64,000 bases of DNA from an uncultured Verrucomicrobiota bacterium (GTDB lineage Bacteria; Verrucomicrobiota; Verrucomicrobiia; Limisphaerales; AAA164-E04), in NCBI GenBank assembly GCA_964342405.1, contig CAYFGX010000013.1:87098-151097 (forward strand). Reading direction: 5' to 3'. Each line of letters opens with the position of its first letter. Position 1 is the first letter of the stretch. The notes beneath the pieces are model-generated. The model saw nothing but the letters and a program-made list of their open reading frames with translations, was not told the DNA's origin and ran no database searches. Shown in pieces: positions 19,514 to 29,226 of this stretch. A program made the translations under genes and the position numbers.

Positions 19514-22012
19514 ATGGGAGCTGAATTTCTGGCGTTCGGGATCGGATCAGGGTCTAAGCTCGGTCTTGTGAACCGGGGGCGATCGATCTGCCCCCGTCTC
19601 TTGTGGCTCGTTCTTCTCTTGGTTTCCTGTCGACTCTGGGCTGCGGAGGATGCCAATTACCGCGTTGCCGTCATCCGGGACGACGATTCTTGGTATTTCG
19701 ACGCGATGGTGGAGCGCTTTATTCAAGAACTCGAGCCATTGGCCAAGGATCGCTACGAGGTCCTTTTCGATCACTCTCTCAATGCCAAAGGGGAGTTTGA
19801 GTTGCTCCCGGGATTCATTGATCAGGCGATGGCGGATTCTGAGGTCAACTTGATCTACACTGCCGGAGTGGTTGCCACTGAAATCGCCGCCGGGCTATCA
19901 GATCGCGATCGGATCAAGCCAGTGATCGGAGGGGCACTTCAAATGGTGGATGGATCGCTCATGGAACTGACTCGAGGGGGCGCGTCTCAGTTTCACAATT
20001 ACACCTTTATCACCAACCCGCGTCGGGTCCGTGCCGATCTGGAGTTTCTCTATAGTCTTGATCAGGCGAAGACGATCCACGTTTTAATCGATCGCGAGGT
20101 CATCCGGCATCTCAGTGTCTTGGAGGACGGTGTCGGGTTCTTTGAGAATGAGTTGCCGGTGGAGAAACTGGTCGTGGTCGGGGCTGCGAAGACGGCTCAG
20201 GAAACCCTGGACTCATTACCAGACGGGATTGAAGCAATGTACGTAGCGTTGCAGCCGCGGATGGATGATGCGGAGCGAGCTCGTCTGTTTGCGGGGTTGG
20301 CAGAGCGAGGAATTCGTACCGTATCCATGTGGGGGCGACTGGATGTGAACCTTGGGGCCTTGGCGGGGCTCGAGTCTGATACACGATCGGCAGTGGCTCG
20401 GCGAATCGCGTTGAATATCCATCAGCTCTTGCAAGGCGTTGAACCGGGATCACTCCCGACCTACTTGCCGGTGCAGGATCGTATCGTTGTGAATATGGGC
20501 ACTGCTCGAGTCACGGGGTGGTCTCCGAGCTATGATCTTTCAATCGTCGCCGAGTTCATCAACACCGAGGCAAACATTGATTCTCAACCTCTCAATCTGG
20601 TTGAGGCGATGAAGATGGCACGGGAGAACAACGCCGCTGTAAACATTGCTGAGGAGGAACCGCGAATCCAGCGCGAGGAGATCCAAATCACTCGGAGCAA
20701 TCTATTACCAACCTCAAATCTGATCTCCCGCTATGGTGGAACGCGATACACTGAGATCATTAATCCGCTCATGACGCCGCGATTTGCCAAGCAGGCGAGT
20801 CTTGGAGTGCAACTGCAACAATTGCTTTACAGTGACACGGTCATCAGTGCTTGGCGGGCGCAGAAGCGAGCGCTGGTTTCGGCGGAGTTGCAGCTGGAGT
20901 CGGCTCGCTTGGATGCCGCCTTCGAAGCGGTTGGGGCGTACTTGGATGTGCTGAGCGCAAGAGCCTTGAGAGAAATCGAGCGCCAGAATCTCACACTCAC
21001 TGAAAATAATCTGGCCTTGGCGAAGCTGCGACGTGATATCGGCGCTGCAGAGCCAGCTGAGGTTTTTCGGTGGGAGCGAGATCAAGCGCGGAATCGGGCT
21101 GCATTGATCCAGCGTGATTATCAAGTCAAGAACGCCATGGTCGTGTTGAACCAGGTCTTAGGCACTCCACGCGAGCGGGTCTGGGACTTGGAGGATATTT
21201 ATCTCGGGAACGAAGATTATTACTTTCTAGGCAATCAATTAAACACGCTCGTTCAGAATTATTCCGAGTTCGAGCGCTTTGGCTTCTTTCTCCAGCGCTT
21301 TGCGGTGTTGGCATCACCTGAGCTGGCGAGCTTCGACTACGGCTTAGTTGGGCAAGGTATCCTGTTGCGTCAGAAGAAACGTCGGTTTTACCTGCCGGAC
21401 CTGGCCTTGTCGGCGAGTGCGAGTCGGGTGGGGTCTCGTTCGTCTTTTCAAGGATATGATGAGCAGAATGAGATGACGGTCGGAATCGAACTCTCGTTTC
21501 CGCTGCTGACCGGGGGAGAGCGCCGGGCTGCAGTGCGCAAGCAGGAGGCGGAGATTCGGAAGTTGAATCGACAGCGCGAGCAGGCGGAGCAGCAGTTGGA
21601 GTTAGGCGCTCTCGTTGCTAAAAACAATATTGGTTCTGCACATCCGAATATCCGATTGAATCGCATCTCGCTCGCGAAAGCCGAGTCTCTCTATGAATCG
21701 ATTCTTCAGAAGTATTCATTGGGCGCTACGGACTACTTGAATTTGCTCGATGCTCAACAGGCGCTGATTATTCAACGTCAGCAAGAAGCCTTGGCCGTCT
21801 ACGATTATCTCCTGGAGATTCATCGTTTGCAGCGCGCGATTGCTTGGTTCGAATTTGATAAGACAGAAGCGGAGAAAGATGCCTTGGTAGGGCTCCTAAC
21901 GACGTATCTCGAATCCGGTCTGTTTCCGGAAGGTACGAAGGAGCCTTCTTGGTTGGGAAGAGAGGTCCGGGGGGCAGCGGCTGCAGTCCTTGAGTCGGTA
22001 ACGGGAGAATGA
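19514..22012 (+). CDS. TolC-family outer-membrane efflux protein with a ~350-aa N-terminal periplasmic-binding-protein-like domain
   Basis: 832 aa. Signal peptide. The N-terminal region (YRVAVIRDDD...IKPVIGG) resembles ABC_sub_bind/BMP-type PBP folds (inference). The C-terminal half has the two OEP repeats of outer membrane factors. First gene of an OMF-MFP-RND operon. Confidence 0.75.
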   Translation: MGAEFLAFGIGSGSKLGLVNRGRSICPRLLWLVLLLVSCRLWAAEDANYRVAVIRDDDSWYFDAMVERFIQELEPLAKDRYEVLFDHSLNAKGEFELLPGFIDQAMADSEVNLIYTAGVVATEIAAGLSDRDRIKPVIGGALQMVDGSLMELTRGGASQFHNYTFITNPRRVRADLEFLYSLDQAKTIHVLIDREVIRHLSVLEDGVGFFENELPVEKLVVVGAAKTAQETLDSLPDGIEAMYVALQPRMDDAERARLFAGLAERGIRTVSMWGRLDVNLGALAGLESDTRSAVARRIALNIHQLLQGVEPGSLPTYLPVQDRIVVNMGTARVTGWSPSYDLSIVAEFINTEANIDSQPLNLVEAMKMARENNAAVNIAEEEPRIQREEIQITRSNLLPTSNLISRYGGTRYTEIINPLMTPRFAKQASLGVQLQQLLYSDTVISAWRAQKRALVSAELQLESARLDAAFEAVGAYLDVLSARALREIERQNLTLTENNLALAKLRRDIGAAEPAEVFRWERDQARNRAALIQRDYQVKNAMVVLNQVLGTPRERVWDLEDIYLGNEDYYFLGNQLNTLVQNYSEFERFGFFLQRFAVLASPELASFDYGLVGQGILLRQKKRRFYLPDLALSASASRVGSRSSFQGYDEQNEMTVGIELSFPLLTGGERRAAVRKQEAEIRKLNRQREQAEQQLELGALVAKNNIGSAHPNIRLNRISLAKAESLYESILQKYSLGATDYLNLLDAQQALIIQRQQEALAVYDYLLEIHRLQRAIAWFEFDKTEAEKDALVGLLTTYLESGLFPEGTKEPSWLGREVRGAAAAVLESVTGE

Positions 22013-23076
22013 ACATGATGGTTTTAGAACACGTTCGTTGTTGTAGTGGCAAAATTGGAGTGCTTGGCCTCTCCGTAATGTTGCTTGTTTCTTGTGCGAA
22101 GGAAGAGCCTCCCGTGGTTAAACCACGACCCGTGAAAACCTTCACGGTTCCCGAGCCGGCTCAAGTCTACGAACGAGTTTTCTCGGGACAACTCAGCGCG
22201 ACTGAAGGCACCGGAATTGGTTTTCAAGTGGGGGGGCGTATTACTTCACTCGATGTGAAGGTTGGGCAGCGGGTTGAGGTGGGCGAGATTATCTCGCGGT
22301 TGGATGATTCGAACTACGTGAATCAGAAAGACGATGCTGCCGCTCAGTATGAACAGGCGCGACAGGAACGGCAGCGAACTACGCGTCTCTTCGAATCGGG
22401 CAACGCGAGCCGGAGTCAACTCGATGGCGCTATGGCCCGCAGTCAATCTACCAAGGCGGCCCTTGAACTTGCAAAGCGCCGGGTGAGTGATTGTGTGCTT
22501 CTAATGCCCTATTCTGGTCTCATCGGGCGCGTGTCTGCCGAGGTACAACAATTGGTGAATCCGGGACAAGAGATTGTCTCGATTCAGGGAGATGACGGAT
22601 TGGAATTTCAGGTCGGTGTGCCGGCTGAAGTGGTTGGGGAAATCACTGTGGGGCTGGTAGCCGAGCTGGTCATCAGCGGCCAAGAGGAACTGACGTATTC
22701 TGGCAAGGTGACGGAGATTTCGCCACAAGCGGCTTCCAATACGACCTATCCGGTCACGCTCACTTTGGATGATGAAGATGATCGAATTCGTGCGGGAATG
22801 GATGGGGTTGCGAAGATACTCTTGCCGGTCCAAGAACAGAGTGTTCACTCCGTGCCCGCCGAATGTGTGGTCGCGCAAGCGGGAACCAAACCGTTTGTCT
22901 GGATTGTCGACACTCAGTCTGCGGGCTTGGGAACGATCCGACGTCAAGAGGTTGCGCTCGGGGATTTGCGGCCAGAGGGTCAGGTGGCGGTCTTGTCTGG
23001 TGTCAAGGCGGGCGATCTTGTCGTTTCCCGCGGGGTGCATCGAGTTGAGGCTGGCTTGGAAGTTCGCCTGGACTGA
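22009..23076 (+). CDS. efflux RND transporter periplasmic adaptor subunit (MFP/HlyD family), lipoprotein
   Basis: 355 aa. Overlaps the upstream gene by 4 nt (ATGA). Lipobox LLVSC. Coiled-coil hairpin, then beta-barrel and MP domains. Confidence 0.85.
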   Translation: MNMMVLEHVRCCSGKIGVLGLSVMLLVSCAKEEPPVVKPRPVKTFTVPEPAQVYERVFSGQLSATEGTGIGFQVGGRITSLDVKVGQRVEVGEIISRLDDSNYVNQKDDAAAQYEQARQERQRTTRLFESGNASRSQLDGAMARSQSTKAALELAKRRVSDCVLLMPYSGLIGRVSAEVQQLVNPGQEIVSIQGDDGLEFQVGVPAEVVGEITVGLVAELVISGQEELTYSGKVTEISPQAASNTTYPVTLTLDDEDDRIRAGMDGVAKILLPVQEQSVHSVPAECVVAQAGTKPFVWIVDTQSAGLGTIRRQEVALGDLRPEGQVAVLSGVKAGDLVVSRGVHRVEAGLEVRLD

Positions 23077-23108
23077 TTTGGCGGAATCGTGATTTGTGAG
23101 GAGCGAGG

Positions 23109-26100
23109 ATGAACCCGGCTGAGTGGACTCTAAAAAATAATCGGACTGCGTGGACGATCTACGTCCTGGCGCTGCTCATTGGGGTGGCGACTTTCTTGAC
23201 GATCGGGCGACTGGAGTATCCTGAGTTCACCATCCGGAATGCTCAGATCATCACCGAATACCCAGGACGAACGAGTGAGCAGGTTGAGCAGGAAGTTACG
23301 GAGCCTCTCGAACAGTCGATTCGAAAGATGCCGGAGGTGGACAAGATCAAGTCGACTTCAAAACCGGGGATCTCGATTATTTCGGTTGAAGTGGAGGAGA
23401 AGTATTTCGATATGGAGGACATCTGGTCTGACCTTCGAAACCGAGTCTCCGCCACACGTTTGCCTGACGCCGCTCGTAAACCTCGCGTGGACGACAACGT
23501 AGGGGATGTGTCTCCGTACGTTTTCGCGTTGGCTGGTGATGGTTATCCGTATCGAGAATTGCTCCAATACGCTGAGGATGTGCGGGACGAAATTGTGGCG
23601 ATTGATGGCGTGGGCAAGGTCGAGATTCATGGCGATCAGGAGGAGCGCGTCTACCTGGAGTTTTCCAGCAATGAACTTGCGGCCTATGGCTTTTCGCCCA
23701 ATGACTTAGCGTCTCACGTTTCGTCCCAGAACGTGGCCGCTGCGAGTGGGCGCGTGCAGATTGGTCGCGAGCGGATTAATCTCGTGACTCAGGGTGAGTT
23801 CGAGTCGCTCGATGAGTTGCGTTCTTTTCGTCTCTCGAACGCGGGGGATGCTGCCAGTGTGCGTTTGGACGATGTGGTGGACATTCGTCGGGATTACATC
23901 GATCCGCCAAAGGCCATCTCCCACTTCAACGGTGAACGAGTCATTTGCCTCGCAGTGACGATGGTTAAGGGAGGGGTTGTCACTGAGATTGGCGAGCAGA
24001 TTCAACGAGAGATTGATCGCATCCAGGGTTCGCTTCCTCATGGCTTAGAGATCGAAACGATGTTCTTTCAACCGGTCTATGTAGCGAAGTCCGTGAGCGA
24101 CTTCCTGGTAAACCTGGGACAGGCGTTTTTCTTTGTCGTGCTGGTGATGTTCCTGTTTGCCGGTTGGCGGATCGCCGTTGTGGTTGGCGTGCTGGTTCCG
24201 TCGGCAACTCTGGTGTGTTTCGCCCTCATGCCAAAATTCGGAGTCCAACTAGAGATGATGTCGATCGCGGCCCTAATTATTGCGTTGGGGTTGTTGGTGG
24301 ATAATGCCGTGGTGGTGAGCGAACAGATTCTGGTTCGTTTGGGCAACGGGGAATCTCGGTTCGATGCTGTTAAGAATGCGGTCGGTGGTTTGACGATTCC
24401 TCTCTTGGCAGCGAGCGGAACGACGATTGCCGCCTTCTCGCCGATTGCTTTGTCCTCTGGGGGAACGAGCGAGTTTACCTACAGTTTGTTTGCGGTGGTA
24501 TCCTTGACGCTGCTCTCTAGCTGGGTCTTGTCACTCACGATCATTCCCATGCTGTGTTTCTATTTTTTGAAGCCCTTGAAGCGAGAAACATGGGTGGGAC
24601 GGATTCTGCAAGCGAGCTATCTGCCTTACGAGCGTTTGTTGCGTCTCACCCTAAAAGGGCGTTGGGCTTACCCGGTGATTATTTTGGTGTTAACCATGGT
24701 CGCCGGGATGGGCATGGGATTCGTTCCGAACATCTTCTTTCCCCCAAACGAGCGCGGGCAGTTCATCGTTGATTTTGAACTCGCGCTCGGGACGGACATC
24801 ACGGAAACCGAGCGGCAGGTGAAGAAACTAGAAGAATGGCTGGTTAATAAGCATCCCGACCAAGTGAAGAGTGTCTCGGCATGGATCGGAAATGGGGGGC
24901 CGCGCTGGTATCTTTCTTTGGCTCCGGAACCTGCGAATCCGAACTATTCGTTTTTATCGGTTTTGACCTTCATGGATGATCCCGCTGAAGTGGCTGCAAT
25001 GGTCGAAAAAGTTAATGTTCACGCGCGCGAAAACTTCCCAGATGCACGCGTGACGGCCAAGGTGCTTGAGAACGGTCCTCCGGTCGGTGACCCGATCCAG
25101 ATCCGCTTGTATGGCCGAGATATGTCCACGCTCTACGGGCTCCGCGATCAGATCGTAGAGCAAATTGGAGGTGTGAACGGTCTGTTCGATTTGAGAGACG
25201 ATTGGGGAGCTTGGATCAAGCAGGTCTCGGTTGAGCCCGATGCCGTTCGCTCGACGCGCTTAGGTCTGCGGACTGATAGTATATCAAGTGCCCTCAATCT
25301 GCAGTTCTCGGGACTAGAGATCACGCAGTTTAGGGATGGAGACAAGTCAATTCCGGTCGTGCTACGTTCTCAAAAAGACTTCCGAGAGCATCCGGAGCGG
25401 CTCGACGATCTCCCGGTTTTTTCTCCGATTTTCGGGGCCATTCCTCTGAGTCAAGTCGCCGAGCCGAATCTCGAGTTCTTGCCGGGTTCCATCTTGCGTG
25501 AGAACACGCTTCGGGTGATGACAATCAAAGGTCGCGTAAGGGGACGCTTTGCCAGTGAGGCTTTGGCTGAAATTCAGCCAATCGTGGCAGAGCTCACGGG
25601 GGCTTCAGAATGGCCTGAGGGGTATCGAATTGAATATGGCGGTGAGCAGGAAGAAAGCGCCAAGGCTCAAGGGGGGATTGCGGCTGCGATGCCGATCTCG
25701 CTCTCGATCCTGATGCTCATTTTGATTGCGCAGTTCAACAGCTTGCGTCGCCTGGCAATCATACTCCTGACGATTCCTCCAATGTTGATCGGGGTGGTGC
25801 CGGGACTGTTGATGACGGGATCATCGTTCGGCTTCATGACTCTGCTGGGACTGATCGCGTTGCTTGGGATCATCGTCAACAATGCTATCCTGCTGATTGA
25901 TGAGACCGACGCTCAACTGGCCAAGGGTCAAGTTCTCCTTGAAGGCATCGTCAGCGCAGCCAAATCAAGGTTGCGACCGATTGTGATGACGACAATCACA
26001 ACCATCATCGGTCTCCTGCCCTTGGCGCTCGGGGGAGGCGGAATGTGGAGTTCGATGGCTTACGCGATGATGTTCGGCTTGGGGTTCGCGACCCTCCTCA

Positions 26101-26171
26101 CGCTTCTGCTGTGCCCCGTCCTTTATCTGCTTTTCTTCGGTAGCCGCATTCGCGACGCGGCTGGAAAATGA
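23109..26171 (+). CDS. efflux RND transporter permease subunit (AcrB/HAE1 family)
   Basis: 1020 aa. 12-TM topology with two large periplasmic loops and conserved AcrB-family motifs. Confidence 0.95.
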   Translation: MNPAEWTLKNNRTAWTIYVLALLIGVATFLTIGRLEYPEFTIRNAQIITEYPGRTSEQVEQEVTEPLEQSIRKMPEVDKIKSTSKPGISIISVEVEEKYFDMEDIWSDLRNRVSATRLPDAARKPRVDDNVGDVSPYVFALAGDGYPYRELLQYAEDVRDEIVAIDGVGKVEIHGDQEERVYLEFSSNELAAYGFSPNDLASHVSSQNVAAASGRVQIGRERINLVTQGEFESLDELRSFRLSNAGDAASVRLDDVVDIRRDYIDPPKAISHFNGERVICLAVTMVKGGVVTEIGEQIQREIDRIQGSLPHGLEIETMFFQPVYVAKSVSDFLVNLGQAFFFVVLVMFLFAGWRIAVVVGVLVPSATLVCFALMPKFGVQLEMMSIAALIIALGLLVDNAVVVSEQILVRLGNGESRFDAVKNAVGGLTIPLLAASGTTIAAFSPIALSSGGTSEFTYSLFAVVSLTLLSSWVLSLTIIPMLCFYFLKPLKRETWVGRILQASYLPYERLLRLTLKGRWAYPVIILVLTMVAGMGMGFVPNIFFPPNERGQFIVDFELALGTDITETERQVKKLEEWLVNKHPDQVKSVSAWIGNGGPRWYLSLAPEPANPNYSFLSVLTFMDDPAEVAAMVEKVNVHARENFPDARVTAKVLENGPPVGDPIQIRLYGRDMSTLYGLRDQIVEQIGGVNGLFDLRDDWGAWIKQVSVEPDAVRSTRLGLRTDSISSALNLQFSGLEITQFRDGDKSIPVVLRSQKDFREHPERLDDLPVFSPIFGAIPLSQVAEPNLEFLPGSILRENTLRVMTIKGRVRGRFASEALAEIQPIVAELTGASEWPEGYRIEYGGEQEESAKAQGGIAAAMPISLSILMLILIAQFNSLRRLAIILLTIPPMLIGVVPGLLMTGSSFGFMTLLGLIALLGIIVNNAILLIDETDAQLAKGQVLLEGIVSAAKSRLRPIVMTTITTIIGLLPLALGGGGMWSSMAYAMMFGLGFATLLTLLLCPVLYLLFFGSRIRDAAGK

Positions 26172-26184
26172 CGAAGAAGACCGG

Positions 26185-26694
26185 CTAGTTCGCGTCCTCG
26201 TCGAGGAAGACGAGCTTGACGCCAGTTTCTTTGGGGGCGTCTGAATTGAGGCTGTCAATTAGACTGGCTGCCGGTGCCGTGTCAGCAGGTTTGCTGGCCG
26301 CTTCTACTTCCGGTTCCGCGGACTCCGGTGTGAGGGCCGAACGGAGCGCATCTTCCACGAGCTGGGTACAGTGGATCTTCGTTGGGGGCAGTGGTCCTAA
26401 ATCTGCAGCAAGCTCGGTGCCTGACATGCTGGCTGCTTCATCCACGGTTTTCCCCTTGATCAATTCCGTGGCCAAGCTGGCTGCGGCGATTGCAGTTTCG
26501 CAGCCAAACGATTGGAAGGTGGCTTTGTCGATAATCTTTTCCCCGTTCTCGACCTTGTACTTGAGCCACATGCGAACCATGTCCCCGCAACCTGGACTGC
26601 CGACGGTTCCGATGGCGTCGGCGTCGGTCATTTCCCCCATGTTCTTGGGGTTTCGTATCGAGTCCTCAACGCGTTTGTGAAAATCTTCGCTCAT
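26185..26694 (-). CDS. iscU: Fe-S cluster assembly scaffold IscU/NifU-like with acidic C-terminal extension
   Basis: 169 aa. Three conserved Cys (GSPGCGD, FGCETA, HCTQL) and LPPTK-type motif (LPPTKIHCTQLVEDAL). A ~45-aa acidic low-complexity tail follows. Confidence 0.85.
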   Translation of the reverse strand: MSEDFHKRVEDSIRNPKNMGEMTDADAIGTVGSPGCGDMVRMWLKYKVENGEKIIDKATFQSFGCETAIAAASLATELIKGKTVDEAASMSGTELAADLGPLPPTKIHCTQLVEDALRSALTPESAEPEVEAASKPADTAPAASLIDSLNSDAPKETGVKLVFLDEDAN

Positions 26695-26824
26695 AGTTGC
26701 TGTTACTAAGATTCAATCGGGGCACTGGGGAGTCAATGGCATTCTCGGGGATAATTTGATTTGGGCGACTGGCCGGCTTCAGGCATGGTCGGGTGGCGAT
26801 TAGCCCAAAAGTGCGAATGGGCGA

Positions 26825-28162
26825 ATGGGCGTGGACCGTGAGGGTTCGCTGCCTGGAGTCGAAAGCGAATTGAAGAACGAGCAACAAGAGGCCATTCCGG
26901 TAGGAGAGGCGCAACCGGATGGGCCGACGGTCAAGCCGGGCGCCAGCTTGCGGGGCGGTGCCTTGAGCGCTTTGGCGCACCGAAACTACCGTATCTTCTT
27001 CGGGGCTCAGATCCTGAGTTTGCCGGGAACGTGGCTTCAGTTGGTGGCTGAAGGATGGTTGGTTTATCAATTGACTGGATCGGCCATGGCTTTGGGGGTG
27101 ATTCGATTTCTTCACACCATTCCGGTCACGTTACTCAGTGTCTTCGCAGGTGGTTTAGCAGATCGCTATGACAAACGCCGCGTGTTGATGTTTACTCAGT
27201 CGATTGCCATGGTCATGGCCTTCGCTCTGTTTTATCTCGCTTTTTCAGGTCGGGTAACCGTTTGGCAAGTGGGGGCTCTCGCGCTCACTTTGGGAATTGT
27301 GAATGCGTTCGACATTCCTACGCGACAAAGCTTCATTGTCGACTTGGTCGGCAAGAGGGATCTAATGAATGCGATCGCACTAAACTCTTCCGTCTTCAAC
27401 GCAGCCAGGATTGTTGGGCCAGCCATTGCGGGCTTGGTGATCAGCAGCGTTGGCGTGGCCTGGTGCTTTCTGTTCAATGCGATTTCGTTTCTATTCGTTA
27501 TCGTGGGGTATGGGTTGCTTCGCTTGAAACCGGTCGAGAAGGCTTCTGATAGTGACCGGTCGAAGGCAGGCATTGGTGCTGCCTTGAGTGTTGTTTGGTC
27601 GAATCCCGTTCTGCGGGCATTATTGGGAATGTCGGCACTTAACAGCGTTTTTTGCATGTCCTACACAACTTTGATGCCCATTTTCGCCGAGGACATTTGG
27701 AAGGTCGGCCCCCGCGGACTGGGGGCGCTTCTCTCGGCGAACGGGGTTGGGGCGCTCTTAGGATCCGTGACCTTGGCGGTATTTAGTCATGCTGAAAGGC
27801 GAGATCGATTGGTGAAGATCGGTGGAAGTGGGTTTGCAGCCTCCATGATCGCTTTCTCGTTCTGCCCGAATGTGTATTTTGCCATGGGAGTGCTGGTTAT
27901 CTCTGGATGGTTCATGGTGTCCTTCTACGCCACCACGAATACGCTCGTTCAAGGGGAAGTAGAAGATCAGTTCCGCGGGCGAATCATGGGGCTCTACACT
28001 CTGAGTTTCATCGGCATCATTCCCATCGGGGCATTTCTGGCTGGTTGGGTTGCCGTTCGTCTGGGAGCGCCTATGACCACTTTCTTAGGCGCTGTGATTT
28101 GTTTGATCGGGAGTCTTTTCCTCTGGCGAGCGCGGTTGTCTGGAGAGGTGCGTTCGTCTTAG
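26825..28162 (+). CDS. MFS transporter (EntS/DHA3-like)
   Basis: 445 aa. 12 predicted TM helices. MFS motif A-like GGLADRYDKRRV between TM2 and TM3. Confidence 0.85.
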   Translation: MGVDREGSLPGVESELKNEQQEAIPVGEAQPDGPTVKPGASLRGGALSALAHRNYRIFFGAQILSLPGTWLQLVAEGWLVYQLTGSAMALGVIRFLHTIPVTLLSVFAGGLADRYDKRRVLMFTQSIAMVMAFALFYLAFSGRVTVWQVGALALTLGIVNAFDIPTRQSFIVDLVGKRDLMNAIALNSSVFNAARIVGPAIAGLVISSVGVAWCFLFNAISFLFVIVGYGLLRLKPVEKASDSDRSKAGIGAALSVVWSNPVLRALLGMSALNSVFCMSYTTLMPIFAEDIWKVGPRGLGALLSANGVGALLGSVTLAVFSHAERRDRLVKIGGSGFAASMIAFSFCPNVYFAMGVLVISGWFMVSFYATTNTLVQGEVEDQFRGRIMGLYTLSFIGIIPIGAFLAGWVAVRLGAPMTTFLGAVICLIGSLFLWRARLSGEVRSS

Positions 28163-28390
28163 CCTAGGGATCGCTGCAATACCGAAAGGGCGGCTCCTAA
28201 GTAGAGTTGGGCTGAGTTCGAATGCTTGCCTAAATCTCGTGGCGTTACGAAGTTCCAAGGCTGCGATACCCTCACATCGCCATGTTCAGGCAAGAATGGT
28301 GAGATTCGAACCGGCTCAAGGCAATCATGGTTGATACCTAGGTGTTCCATCCTATTGTTCTCTCTTATAGGCTGTGCTTGACTGATGTGA

Positions 28391-29095
28391 ATGCTCGATG
28401 ACTGCCGCCAGGCTGTTGGAACAACTGTGACTGATATTGCCGAGAAACGAATCTCGATCATCGTCGCTGATGATCATCCTCTATTCCGCAAAGGTCTTGC
28501 CGATTTGTTGCGCGAAGACGAAGGGCTTGAGCTGCTTGCTGAAGCGGAGGATGGTAAAACAGCGTTTCAAGTGATCAATGAGTTGCGGCCGCGAGTCGCC
28601 GTGCTGGACATCGAGATGCCTGGACTGTCCGGGATTGAAATCGCTCGAGAACTCCATCTTGCCGGGAACAAAGACACTTCTCTCATTCTCGTAACGGCCT
28701 ACAAAGAGCCAGAAATGTTTGATGAGGCCCTGGATAACGGGGTGAAAGGCTACGTTCTAAAGGAAAATGCCATCGTCGACATCCTGAATGGGATCCGTGC
28801 GGTTGCGAATGGCGAGGATTATATCAGTCCGAGTCTAGCAGGCTTGCTCCTGAAGCGGCGTCGTTCGAGTGAAGGGTTGCGTCAGGAGAATCCTGGCCTG
28901 GAACGGTTGAGTCCGTCAGAGCGCCGAATCTTGAAGTTGATTTCTCTGGATCGAACCACCAAGGAGATTGCAGACGACTTGGGGATCAGTCCCCGAACCG
29001 TCGAGAATCACCGAGCGAATATCGCCCGGAAAGTGGGTATTAGTGGGACGCATAGCCTGCTGAAATTTGCGTTCCAGAATCGTTCCCGCCTCTAG
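28391..29095 (+). CDS. two-component response regulator, NarL/FixJ (LuxR-HTH) family
   Basis: 234 aa. REC domain (IIVADDHPLFRKG..., phospho-acceptor Asp in VAVLDIEMPGLSG) and a C-terminal LuxR HTH (LSPSERRILKLISLDRTTKEIADDLGISPRTVENHRANIARKVGI). Confidence 0.9.
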   Translation: MLDDCRQAVGTTVTDIAEKRISIIVADDHPLFRKGLADLLREDEGLELLAEAEDGKTAFQVINELRPRVAVLDIEMPGLSGIEIARELHLAGNKDTSLILVTAYKEPEMFDEALDNGVKGYVLKENAIVDILNGIRAVANGEDYISPSLAGLLLKRRRSSEGLRQENPGLERLSPSERRILKLISLDRTTKEIADDLGISPRTVENHRANIARKVGISGTHSLLKFAFQNRSRL

Positions 29096-29119
29096 TTCTT
29101 CACTAATCTTCTGGATAAA

Positions 29120-29131
29120 GGACATTTGTCC
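29120..29131. promoter_or_regulatory. palindrome GGACA-TT-TGTCC in the 131-bp spacer between the response regulator gene and the giant gene; candidate operator
   Basis: Inverted repeat read directly. The position fits a regulator binding site, but no consensus is known. Confidence 0.2.
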
Positions 29132-29226
29132 TATTCTTGACCGAATAAGGTCTAGGTGTTCACCCCTATTCGCTACTGAGTAGAGCATCCCATAGGCAGT
29201 ATGTCGGTGTTTGATAATCTACTTGT

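Noticed and set aside
26810-26828. Short direct repeat GCGAATGG-GCGAATGG upstream of the MFS gene
   Set aside because: Only two 8-mer copies, and it overlaps the annotated start of the MFS ORF. Too short to call an operator.
28281-28330. tRNA T-arm-like string (minus strand GGTTCGAATCTCACC) between the MFS and response-regulator genes, considered as a tRNA remnant or integration scar
   Set aside because: No complementary T-stem or acceptor stem can be formed and no D-arm or anticodon arm is adjacent. Likely a chance match.
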